From: an uncultured Acidobacteriota bacterium
GTDB taxonomy: Bacteria > Acidobacteriota > UBA6911
DNA: 64,000 bases
Assembly (NCBI GenBank): GCA_964642735.1
Contig: CAZXSV010000002.1
Location: 16,354 to 80,353, forward strand
Reading direction: 5' to 3'
The notes under the pieces are model-generated. The model was not told the origin of the DNA and did no database searches. It saw nothing but the letters and a program-made list of their open reading frames with translations. This document shows positions 40,413-48,754 of this stretch, one piece after another. Every line of letters begins with the position of its first letter. The first letter of the stretch is position 1. The position numbers were made by a program, and so were the translations under genes.

Positions 40413-40445
40413 TTTGCATCCTCAAGAGATTACTCTTTGTACTGC

Positions 40446-40473
40446 TTATCGTCCCCTTGATCTTAGCACTTTA
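40446..40473 (-). promoter_or_regulatory. Sigma28-type promoter of flgM
   Basis: Minus strand reads TAAA-N16-GACGATAA, ending 34 nt upstream of the flgM ATG. Confidence 0.65.
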
Positions 40474-40562
40474 GCCATTATTAGCCATTAGGGGATTGGC
40501 AATGAATAACATTTTCATTTTTCAAATGCTATCCGCTGCCGCAATCCTGCGCTTTAAAGCGC

Positions 40563-41405
40563 TCAGAATCCATTTTTCAGATCCGCCGTCCGAAGCTCGC
40601 CGGCTTGAAACGGATCGACATGTTTTCCCATTCGAATCGCTTCGAAATGAAGATGCGGGCCGGTGCTCCGCCCCGTATCTCCCACGGTTCCGATAATTTG
40701 CCCCCCGGCAACCTCCTGCCCTTTATGGACATGGATCGCATCCAGGTGGCCGTATCGCGTCTGCAGTCCGTTCGGATGCTGAATCAGTATCGTGTTGCCG
40801 TAGCCGCTTTCGCAGCCGGCGGAAACGACTTTGCCCGGCAAAGGCGCAGCGACGGGCGCGCCCTTCGGAGCTGCAAAATCGACGCCTTTGTGCATTCGCC
40901 TTTTATGAGAAAAGGGGTCGGCCCTCGGGCCGAAGCGAGAACTGACAGGGGCCAGCACCGGAAGCTGAAGATCGTTTGTCTCCCGCCCTTCATTCTGGCT
41001 GCTGGCCCCGTTGCCGGAGCCATGAGGGGAAGCAGGGCTCTCGGTGGAATTCATCTGTTCCTTTTCGGGTTCGATTTCCAAAAGGTGTTTGTATAAAAGA
41101 TCGGAAATTCCAAGCGCGCCTCGTCTGGCTATGCTCATGGATACTTCCTGGTCGAACATCTCCGTGTAAATGGTTTTGCCGAATCCTTCTTCCATCAATC
41201 CGGATTCTTCGATGGTTTCCCTCATCACCTTCAGCAGATACGCGATGAAGACAGCCTCGAACTCCTGCGCGACTTTTTTGAGTTCGCTTCTTTGCTCTTT
41301 GCCTGACGCATTCAGGGCGGCATGGACTTTCCCCTCAAGCCCCCTTCCAGGGCTGACCAGCATTTCAGGAGGAAATTGCGTCAAGTTGATCGATGAATCC
41401 TGCAT
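40563..41405 (-). CDS. flgJ: FlgJ rod-binding domain fused to an M23 (LytM-type) metallopeptidase
   Basis: N-terminal rod-binding signature KKVAQEFEAVFIAYLLKVMRET. C-terminal M23 motifs HKGVDFAAP and GPHLHFE. Confidence 0.85.
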   Translation of the reverse strand: MQDSSINLTQFPPEMLVSPGRGLEGKVHAALNASGKEQRSELKKVAQEFEAVFIAYLLKVMRETIEESGLMEEGFGKTIYTEMFDQEVSMSIARRGALGISDLLYKHLLEIEPEKEQMNSTESPASPHGSGNGASSQNEGRETNDLQLPVLAPVSSRFGPRADPFSHKRRMHKGVDFAAPKGAPVAAPLPGKVVSAGCESGYGNTILIQHPNGLQTRYGHLDAIHVHKGQEVAGGQIIGTVGDTGRSTGPHLHFEAIRMGKHVDPFQAGELRTADLKNGF

Positions 41406-41426
41406 TTCAATGAGTCCTCATGAGCG

Positions 41427-42527
41427 TCAGATTATCTCCAGTTCAGCCTGCAAAGCGCCCTGCGCTTTGATCGCTTGAAGAATGGCGATGATGTCCCGCG
41501 GCCCTGCGCCGATGTCGTTCAAGGCTTTCACGACATCCTCGATGCTGGCGCCGTTGCGCAAAGTCACGGTCTTCCCCTTCTCCTCCTGGATCGAAACGGT
41601 GGTTTCCGGGACAATTTTAGTTTCTCCCTTGGAGAATCCTTCCGGTTGCGAAACCGAAAGCGCCGTGCCGACCTGGAGTGAAAGGCTCCCGTGAATGATC
41701 GAGATTTCTGAGATTCGGACCTCTTTTCCCAACACGATGGTTCCGGTTTTTTCGTTGACGACGACTCGGGCCGGCAAATCGATTTCCATTGCGGCGCCTT
41801 CAACCAGAGACATGAATTCAACAATCCGGCCGCTGTAATTCGGCGGCACATTGATCTCAATCGTGCGCCCGTCCACCGCATGCGATATTTCCGCGCCGGC
41901 GGAGTCGTTGACGGCGCGGGCCGTGCGGCTTGCGGTTGTAAAATCGCTTCGATGCAGGATCAGGTTCAGCCGCGTTTTCCCCGTAAAATCCACCGCTACA
42001 TCCCGTTCGACCAGCGCTCCGTTCGGAATCCTTCCGCCGGTAAGATGGTTTTGCTGAACGCGGTTTCCGCCGCTACCCCCGCTGAATCCGCCGAGCACAA
42101 CCTGACCCTGAGCGACCGCGTAGATTTGGTTGTTCGCCGCGCGCAAAGGAGTCTGGATCAGCACGCCTCCCTGGAGGCTTGACGCGTCGCCCAGCGAACT
42201 TACCGTAACGTCGATCCGGTTCCCCTGCCGGATGAAAGGCGGCAGCGTTGCGGTCACCCAGACCGCGGCGATGTTTTTAACCCGCACCTGGTCCGGATTG
42301 ATCGTGATCCCGCTGCGCTCCAGAAGATTCGCCAGAGTCTGGGTCGAGAAAAAGGTCTGGCTTCTGTCTCCCGTTCCACTCAGGCCGACGATCAGACCGT
42401 ATCCGGACAATTGATTTTCTCGAACCCCCTCAAAGGAAGCGATGTCCTTGACACGGGCGGCGGCTCTCGCGGCCGGCGCCTGCAAAAACCCTATCAAGAT
42501 TCCGATAATGAATATTTTCAGGCGCAT
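41427..42527 (-). CDS. flgI: P-ring protein FlgI
   Basis: RVKDIASFEGVRENQLSGYGLIVGLSGTGD. Signal peptide from ATG 42527 (MRLKIFIIGILIGFLQAPAARA). The track start 42557 is less likely. Confidence 0.95.
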   Translation of the reverse strand: MRLKIFIIGILIGFLQAPAARAAARVKDIASFEGVRENQLSGYGLIVGLSGTGDRSQTFFSTQTLANLLERSGITINPDQVRVKNIAAVWVTATLPPFIRQGNRIDVTVSSLGDASSLQGGVLIQTPLRAANNQIYAVAQGQVVLGGFSGGSGGNRVQQNHLTGGRIPNGALVERDVAVDFTGKTRLNLILHRSDFTTASRTARAVNDSAGAEISHAVDGRTIEINVPPNYSGRIVEFMSLVEGAAMEIDLPARVVVNEKTGTIVLGKEVRISEISIIHGSLSLQVGTALSVSQPEGFSKGETKIVPETTVSIQEEKGKTVTLRNGASIEDVVKALNDIGAGPRDIIAILQAIKAQGALQAELEII

Positions 42528-42537
42528 TGCATTTTTC

Positions 42538-43260
42538 TCAGAAGGGCAAAATTCCATTCAATATTCGATAGAGCCAGCCGGGTTTTAAAGGCTGGCTGAC
42601 GGTTCCCCGGCCCTGAACTCGAACCGACATTTGCGCCACTGCCGAGGAAAGAACGACATTGCCGGGGCTGATGTCTTCCGGCCGGACGACTCCGGTTAAA
42701 TACACGCTTTGGTTCTCGTTATTCACCCGGATCTCTCTCATCCCTTCCACGACGAGATAGCCGTTGGGAAGGACGTCCATCACTCGAGCCGTCAAAATCG
42801 TCTCGACGGTGGTTTCGCGGGTGGTGGCTCCGGATCCCTGAAAACTGGAATTGCTTTTTCCCGAAACTATGGTCGGAAGCTCGGCGATCTTTTTTTCGAG
42901 CCCGAAAATGCTGTCGAACCCTGCGGAAGCCTGGCTCGCGCGAGAGCTGCTGGCGTCGGCGCTTGCCAACGCTTGCGTCGATTCCAGCACTCGGATCGTC
43001 ACGACGTCGTCGACAAAACGGGCTTTAAAATCGCGATAAAGGTCGGAACGGAAGCCGCCGTTCGTGAAAAGAGAGCCTTCCCCGGCGTTCGCCTGCGTTT
43101 GCCTGTTTTTCGCGTCTTCCACATAATTCTGGAGATCCGTCGGGTCGTTGACTTTGACGTTGCCTGAAGCGCATCCTGCCGTCGCCAGGCAAAAAAGAAA
43201 AAGCAAAACCGAATATAAAAATGGGCGCCGATATTTCCGCTGCATCCGCACTCCTGTCAT
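42538..43260 (-). CDS. flgH: L-ring lipoprotein FlgH
   Basis: Lipobox LATAGC. VGDIVTV-like VDDVVTIRVLE. C-terminal WLYRILNGILPF. Confidence 0.9.
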   Translation of the reverse strand: MTGVRMQRKYRRPFLYSVLLFLFCLATAGCASGNVKVNDPTDLQNYVEDAKNRQTQANAGEGSLFTNGGFRSDLYRDFKARFVDDVVTIRVLESTQALASADASSSRASQASAGFDSIFGLEKKIAELPTIVSGKSNSSFQGSGATTRETTVETILTARVMDVLPNGYLVVEGMREIRVNNENQSVYLTGVVRPEDISPGNVVLSSAVAQMSVRVQGRGTVSQPLKPGWLYRILNGILPF

Positions 43261-44444
43261 TGAATTCGAGCTTCAGCCTTGCCGGTAACCTGCGCGTTCA
43301 GGAGAGTCGAAAACTCCAGGCTGCGCACTTTGATGATTTGGCCGAGCCGACCATCCTGTTCGGCGCGGCCCAGCGCTGTAAGAACCAAACCGCTCCGCTC
43401 CAACCGGAGGTGGACGGTCTCGCCGCTCTTAACCAAATAGGGATGAATAAAAGCTTCGCGAACCAACGGGTCTCCGGGAGAAAAAGCTCGACGCGATATT
43501 TTCCCGAGAATTTCGTCCGGAGTCCGGAGGCAGGAAACATAAACGTCGGAAATGGTTTTCCGCGAACGGATGACATCCTCGGCCAAAACGGTCATCCCCG
43601 GACGAATCGCTTTCGCCGCAGTGATCATTTCAGCATGAATGCGAATTCTCGCGGTCGTCCAAAACATTCGCCGAACCTTGCCGTCCTGCAACGCTTCCAC
43701 GGGGAACACGATTTTCCCCCTTCCGACGACAGGCGAGCGCGAGGAGACCTGTAAATGAACGTCGCCGGGAGGCAGATCGATTCCTTCCAGGTTTTCAACG
43801 GATTGTATCTCGATCTCGGATTCTTTCCAGGACGTGGTCTCCGCAATATGTCTTTTTATAATCCGGGCGATTTCTTCCGGCTGCACCGGCTTCCCCTCAA
43901 GCCGGATCTGAACGATGGTCGCGCCTGTAAACCTGGCATCCGGAGCAAAACCGGCGTTTTTTCTCAAAATGTCCAGAATCTGATTGCGGCTCAGCGTGGC
44001 AGTGACGCCGAAGGGAGGCGCCGCACACAGCGGCGTTTGGGCCAGCGTCTCGATGCTTTTGGAGTCCGCCGATTGCAGATCGGCGACGTCTTTCAGGACG
44101 ACGCCGTCCGCTCGGACGACGGCTTCCTCTTTCAGGTTGATACAAACCGATTCAGCCGCCGAATCAGAGTACGTGAAAATAGCGGCTGAAATCAGGCACA
44201 ACGCGATGAGCAAGCCCCGAATCCTCCCCTCACCCAACCGGTAGCGGACAGAACTGCGTAGCGGACAAGACGAGTCCGGGAGAACTGAAGAATTCGCTTT
44301 CAGGAATCCCTCCCGGCAAACGTGGAAAGGGGTGAAGAGGCGAAGGGCAGTCGGAACTCCATCTCGAAGAAGCGCCGACACGCGCGATTTCGCTTTGAAA
44401 GGGATTGGGCGAAGGGTGAGGAGAGAATTCGAAACTTGCTTCAT
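43257..44444 (-). CDS. flgA: P-ring assembly chaperone FlgA (SAF domain); N-terminus uncertain
   Basis: C-terminal SAF/FlgA region (ITAAKAIRPGMTVLAEDV...LVKSGETVHLRL...GRAEQDGRLGQIIKVRS). The signal-peptide-like LLIALCLISAAIFTYSDSAA starts only at ~residue 77 of the track ORF. Confidence 0.7.
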   Translation of the reverse strand: MKQVSNSLLTLRPIPFKAKSRVSALLRDGVPTALRLFTPFHVCREGFLKANSSVLPDSSCPLRSSVRYRLGEGRIRGLLIALCLISAAIFTYSDSAAESVCINLKEEAVVRADGVVLKDVADLQSADSKSIETLAQTPLCAAPPFGVTATLSRNQILDILRKNAGFAPDARFTGATIVQIRLEGKPVQPEEIARIIKRHIAETTSWKESEIEIQSVENLEGIDLPPGDVHLQVSSRSPVVGRGKIVFPVEALQDGKVRRMFWTTARIRIHAEMITAAKAIRPGMTVLAEDVIRSRKTISDVYVSCLRTPDEILGKISRRAFSPGDPLVREAFIHPYLVKSGETVHLRLERSGLVLTALGRAEQDGRLGQIIKVRSLEFSTLLNAQVTGKAEARIQ

Positions 44445-44453
44445 CGGGATCCT

Positions 44454-45242
44454 CTACCGAATCACGTTGTTCGCTTGGGTGAACATTTCATCCGCAGTGC
44501 GGATGACTTTGGAGTTGGCTTCGTAAGCGCGCTGGCTGATGATCATATTGACCATTTCCTCAACCACGCTCACATTGGACTGTTCCACGAAACCGGAAAG
44601 GAGAGTCCCTAAACCATTTTCTCCCGGAGTGCCGGTAACAGCCTCCCCGGAAGCCTGCGTGGCTATAAAAAGGTTTTTTCCGATGCTTTGAAGCCCTGAT
44701 GGGTTTTGAAAAAGCGCCAGCTCAATTCTTCCAACCGCTTCAGCCTGATTCTGTCCTGCGCGCATAACGGACACGGTTCCGTCGGATCCTATCGTGATGC
44801 CGATTTGATCTGGCGGAATGGTGATTTGCGGATCCAGCAGATCGCCTTCGGAAGTCACGAGATTTCCATCCTGATTCATGCTGAGATGTCCATTCCGCGT
44901 ATATCCCATTTGTCCGTTTGCCTGCTTGACCTGGAAAAATCCCTGGCCTTGAATAACCACATCCCGCGGGTTGTTCGTTGCTTGGAAATCGCCTTGACTG
45001 AAAATGATCTCCGTTGCGATCGGTCGGGTTCCGAGTCCGACCTGCAGCCCGACCGGTATGTCCGTAGTCGCGGTATTGGCCGCTCCTGCCTGACGGATGT
45101 TTTGATAAAGCAAGTCCTGAAATTGAGCTCTCCGCAGCTTGAATCCGCTAGTGTTTATGTTGGCAAGATTATGGGCAATCGTATCGATATTTAATTGTTG
45201 CGCTTCCATTCCGCTCGCGGCCGTATACATTGCACGTAGCAT
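44454..45242 (-). CDS. flgG: Distal rod protein FlgG
   Basis: MLRAMYTAASGMEAQQLNIDTIAHNLANINTSGFK ... VEQSNVSVVEEMVNMIISQRAYEANSKVI. Confidence 0.95.
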   Translation of the reverse strand: MLRAMYTAASGMEAQQLNIDTIAHNLANINTSGFKLRRAQFQDLLYQNIRQAGAANTATTDIPVGLQVGLGTRPIATEIIFSQGDFQATNNPRDVVIQGQGFFQVKQANGQMGYTRNGHLSMNQDGNLVTSEGDLLDPQITIPPDQIGITIGSDGTVSVMRAGQNQAEAVGRIELALFQNPSGLQSIGKNLFIATQASGEAVTGTPGENGLGTLLSGFVEQSNVSVVEEMVNMIISQRAYEANSKVIRTADEMFTQANNVIR

Positions 45243-45250
45243 TTCTTCTC

Positions 45251-45982
45251 CTAACGTCCAAGCTTGTCGATGGACTTCGACGTGATGTCATTGACCATCA
45301 AATCGACGGTTTTCTTTATCGCTTCAAAATTCCGCATAATTCCGATCATGCGCACAATAGAGGCGACGGGATTGACATTGGACTGTTCCAGGTAGCCGGC
45401 TTTTATTTTTGCGTCCGAAGCCATTTCTTTGCCCCCGCCCTCCGGCATAGCGAAAAGAGAATTGCCCTCTCTTTTCAGACTGCCGGCGTTGTCGAAAGCG
45501 ACGACCTTCAGCTGGTCCACCGGTCCGTTGTCCAACAAGACCGAGCCGTTTTCGCCGATCTGAATTTTTCCGGGCCCAAGCGCGATGGGACGGTTGCTGG
45601 TCCCGAGGACAGGCGAGCCTTCAGAGCAGCAGAGCACTCCCTGCGCGTTCATCTGAAGATTGCCGTTTCGCGTGTAGCGGATGCCCCGCGGCGTCTGCAC
45701 GACCAGGAAGCCGTTTCCTTCGATCGCTATATCCAGCTCTCCGTCCGTCCGGCTCAGAGAGCCCGCCAGGGAGTTGATGGCGCCCAGCGTCATAACGGAG
45801 CTGTTGATCGTGGAATTGAGCCCGTTGTCCGCGGGAGGATTCAACAGAGTGAAATAAGCCATTTCCTCCTTAAATCCGGCCGTGTTCAGATTGGCCAGAT
45901 TGTTCGACAGCAGATCCAGCGCGTCGGCCTGTGCGCGCATTCCAGAATAGGCTGTATAAATTCCATTATTCACAGAACGCAT
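45251..45982 (-). CDS. flgF: Proximal rod protein FlgF
   Basis: NGIYTAYSGMRAQADALDLLSNNLANLNTAGFK ... LEQSNVNPVASIVRMIGIMRNFEA. Confidence 0.85.
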   Translation of the reverse strand: MRSVNNGIYTAYSGMRAQADALDLLSNNLANLNTAGFKEEMAYFTLLNPPADNGLNSTINSSVMTLGAINSLAGSLSRTDGELDIAIEGNGFLVVQTPRGIRYTRNGNLQMNAQGVLCCSEGSPVLGTSNRPIALGPGKIQIGENGSVLLDNGPVDQLKVVAFDNAGSLKREGNSLFAMPEGGGKEMASDAKIKAGYLEQSNVNPVASIVRMIGIMRNFEAIKKTVDLMVNDITSKSIDKLGR

Positions 45983-46028
45983 CCTTTGGGCTCGTCATGC
46001 GTAAAGCCCGACATTGAAATATTGTCCG

Positions 46029-46044
46029 TGCAAGTTTCATGCCA
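46029..46044 (-). promoter_or_regulatory. Sigma54-type -24/-12 promoter upstream of flgF
   Basis: Minus strand TGGCATGAAACTTGCA (TGGCA-N6-TTGC geometry), -12 element 48 nt upstream of the flgF ATG. Confidence 0.6.
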
Positions 46045-46143
46045 TAGCGCTTCTGGTTAATACGGGCGTTTTCAGCGCCCCCAATCCATTAATCCTCCGT
46101 CCGGGCCGGAAATTATTGCCCGGTATGGTGGGAAAGAATTGCA

Positions 46144-47037
46144 TCAATGTCCCACCGCATAATCGAGAGAGCACGCTCTTTCGGAAGCCGGGGCCATGTA
46201 TTCCACGGGCGTCGAGCTGTAACGGAAAAAGTGATGGTGGGATTCCGTGGCGAAATCCAGGCGCATCCAGAAAAAATCCGGAAGAAGCTCGGCACGTATG
46301 TCCTCGGCGCGGCTGTCTACGGCGCTGGCAATCATTTCGGCGCCGATCTCGATCAACTCGTCCAGCGAGCCGAATGTGGGCACATTCGACAAATCCAGCT
46401 CTTGGGGTTCATACCATTCGCCAAGCAGCTGTTGAATGACCGATTGATCGCCGACATAGGCCTCAATCCCCTTGCGAACCATACGCTGTATCGCCTGCTG
46501 CGAAATAAAATCGACAGGCGCGCATACGGCGACTCGAATGGAGTCCTGGTCGGCGCCGAATCCCACAGGAAGGAATCCGGAGCGCTTGGCGACCTTGCCG
46601 GGAATCATCCTAACGGCTTCCGCGTTGGCGTTCGAGTTCTTGAGGTTGATCAGAGGAAGGCCATATTGACGCGCTAAAGCCGCGGTGATTTGATGCTCTT
46701 CCACAAATCCGAGGCGAAGAAGCCATTCGCCCAGCCTGCCTTCCTGCGTCTGCTTTTGAAGCTTGATGGCTTCCTCAAGCTGCCCGCGGGTTAAATAGGT
46801 CGTTTGCATAAGGATGGTGCCCAGTTTTGGCCTCGGAATCCTGCGGTTTCTTTCGTGTTGCAGCCGGCGCCATTTTTCATTCAAATCATTTTCGAAATAG
46901 GCCATCAGGCAGGAGTCGCTGCAAAAAACATGCCCTTCGCACTGGGGCGGCCGCCGCCGGTTCAAAAAGACGCTGAACTCCGACCGAATGCGCGTACAAT
47001 CTTTGCGGTAGCATTGATATCTAGGCATACGAACCAA
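46144..47037 (-). CDS. Zinc-ribbon-like + MshEN/T2SSE_N-domain protein (putative c-di-GMP receptor, no ATPase domain)
   Basis: Residues 71-124 are KLGTILMQTTYLTRGQLEEAIKLQ-KQTQEG-RLGEWLLRLGFVEEHQITAALARQ, followed by YGLPLINL (T2SSE_N signature). N-terminal Cys cluster with FCSDSC. Confidence 0.7.
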   Translation of the reverse strand: MVRMPRYQCYRKDCTRIRSEFSVFLNRRRPPQCEGHVFCSDSCLMAYFENDLNEKWRRLQHERNRRIPRPKLGTILMQTTYLTRGQLEEAIKLQKQTQEGRLGEWLLRLGFVEEHQITAALARQYGLPLINLKNSNANAEAVRMIPGKVAKRSGFLPVGFGADQDSIRVAVCAPVDFISQQAIQRMVRKGIEAYVGDQSVIQQLLGEWYEPQELDLSNVPTFGSLDELIEIGAEMIASAVDSRAEDIRAELLPDFFWMRLDFATESHHHFFRYSSTPVEYMAPASERACSLDYAVGH

Positions 47038-47440
47038 CCTTTTCCTTGACTTTGGCGTTCTTTGGATTTTCCCAATTCATGTATTTGCCCAAATTCAGAA
47101 TGAGTTCGGCTTCTCCCGCCGGGGCTTTCAGACGCTTCACGATTTCGTCCAACCCCGCCCCCTGCCGCGCCAGCGCAAGGACCTGGTGCCTTCTCTCCAG
47201 CGGAAGACTGGGATCATGCGAAGGAACGCTCAATTCCATCAGCCTTTCTTCCAGGTTCTCGAGATTCGCGGAATATTTGCAGTGCGCTTTCATCTGCATT
47301 TCGACCATTTGAGCCATCGATCCTGAAATGTTCCGCAATTCGCATTCCAGAGTCCCGATTCTCAGAAAAAGCTTTTTCCTCATGGTGAAGTGAAGCACGC
47401 CTGCATGCAGAGCCAGGATGAAAAGGAATAAGTAAAGCAT
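47021..47440 (-). CDS. Membrane-anchored hypothetical protein, DUF2802-like C-terminus
   Basis: N-terminal TM (MLYLFLFILALHAGVL). The C-terminal VLALARQGAGLDEIVKRLKAPAGEAELILNL resembles, from memory, the DUF2802 helix-turn-helix-like signature found in flagellar loci. Confidence 0.5.
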   Translation of the reverse strand: MLYLFLFILALHAGVLHFTMRKKLFLRIGTLECELRNISGSMAQMVEMQMKAHCKYSANLENLEERLMELSVPSHDPSLPLERRHQVLALARQGAGLDEIVKRLKAPAGEAELILNLGKYMNWENPKNAKVKEKVGSYA

Positions 47441-47470
47441 CCGATTTCTCCCATAAATGAGCGTCGGCCG

Positions 47471-48331
47471 TCACCCCCGGAGCCGCGCCGTATCGTGGAT
47501 TGAGGTTTGGACATCGGCAATGAGAGCGCTCATGTCCGAACCGGCGAGGCTCAAATATTCCGTGGCCGGAAGTTTTTCCAGACCGACGTCCCCATTCTTC
47601 TCAAAGCCGATTCCCATCGATATCATGACAAGATTCGCCAAGTTGACGATGCACGCCAGCCGCCGGTAGTTTGGAGCGGACAGCGGATCGTGATGCCAGC
47701 CCACCGCTTCGGCGAGTTGTGGCGGGAAATTCCACTTCCGTGCGAGCATCTCGCCCACATGCGCATGGGAAAAGCCCAAAGTCAAAAGCTCCAGCTGATG
47801 AAAACCGGCGTTCCCCTTGTAAACCTCGCTGACGATTTCGCTGTAAACGGATTGAAGATTCATCATCATCACCGGCTTGCCGATATCGTGCATCAGGCCG
47901 CAAACCATGGCCTCCTCGGGCTGTTCATATCCAATCCGTCTGGCAATGGCCCGGGCGGCCAGGGCCGCCCCCCAGGAATGTTCCGACATCAGCTTTGTTC
48001 CAAGATCTTTCGCCTGGCTGAAAACACGCTCCGCCGAAGCCGCCATCAGGATGGAGCATACGGTCTGAATTCCCAGCACAGAGACCGCATGAGAAACCGT
48101 CGAGACCTCGCATCTCAGGCAATACATGGCGGAATTGACGATTCTCAATATTTTGGCGGACAAGGCCTGGTCTTTCGCTATCAACAGCTGCAAGTCCCTC
48201 ACCGACACATCCGGATCAAGCGCCATCTCCATAGCCCTGACGACAATTCCGGGCAATGCGGGCAAATCCTGAACTTTCGCAATAAGTTCGTGAACTTTCG
48301 ACTCCGCGTGTTCCGTCTGCAGCGTTTGCAT
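47471..48331 (-). CDS. HDOD-domain protein
   Basis: LPALPGIVVRAMEMALDPDVSVRDLQLLIAKDQALSAKILRIVNSAMY...HSWGAALAAR...GLMHDIGK is the HDOD layout. Confidence 0.8.
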   Translation of the reverse strand: MQTLQTEHAESKVHELIAKVQDLPALPGIVVRAMEMALDPDVSVRDLQLLIAKDQALSAKILRIVNSAMYCLRCEVSTVSHAVSVLGIQTVCSILMAASAERVFSQAKDLGTKLMSEHSWGAALAARAIARRIGYEQPEEAMVCGLMHDIGKPVMMMNLQSVYSEIVSEVYKGNAGFHQLELLTLGFSHAHVGEMLARKWNFPPQLAEAVGWHHDPLSAPNYRRLACIVNLANLVMISMGIGFEKNGDVGLEKLPATEYLSLAGSDMSALIADVQTSIHDTARLRG

Positions 48332-48373
48332 ATTTCCTCGCTCTCCCGACCGACGGTCTGGAGCCTGAGCGGT

Positions 48374-48709
48374 TTATCCGAGCGAACGAATCCTTTCCGC
48401 TTTGCTTTCAACCTCAAGAATCCGCACTCCGTAATTGCCTTCCACCATGACGACTTCCCCTTTGGCGATGGGTTTGTGATTGACGATAATGGTCACCGGG
48501 TCGTTGACGGATTTGTCCAATTCGATGACAGATCCCGCCCCGAGCTTCAGGACGTCTTTTAGCTGCATCTCGGAGTGCCCGAATGAAACGCTCACCGGGA
48601 GCTCGACATCCAGGAGCATGTCGAGATTCCAATTTTCCGCAGCAGGGCTTGCCACGGCAGCCTCTTTTGCCTTCTCCGCAATCTTGGCGTTTTCATAGCT
48701 GTCTGCCAC
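48374..48709 (-). CDS. fliN: Flagellar switch protein FliN
   Basis: LLDVELPVSVSFGHSEMQLKDVLKLGAGSVIELDKSVNDPVTIIVN.KPIAKGEVV.VEGNYGVRI. Confidence 0.9.
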   Translation of the reverse strand: MADSYENAKIAEKAKEAAVASPAAENWNLDMLLDVELPVSVSFGHSEMQLKDVLKLGAGSVIELDKSVNDPVTIIVNHKPIAKGEVVMVEGNYGVRILEVESKAERIRSLG

Positions 48710-48754
48710 AAAATCCTCGCATTTTCTTCCAAAGCGGAATACTCGGGAACCGTC

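Noticed and set aside
40471-40490. Direct tandem repeat TTAGCCATTA x2.
   Set aside because: There are only two units. It overlaps and abuts the -35 box of the flgM sigma28 promoter. It is too short to call a repeat element, though it may be a chance or regulatory duplication.
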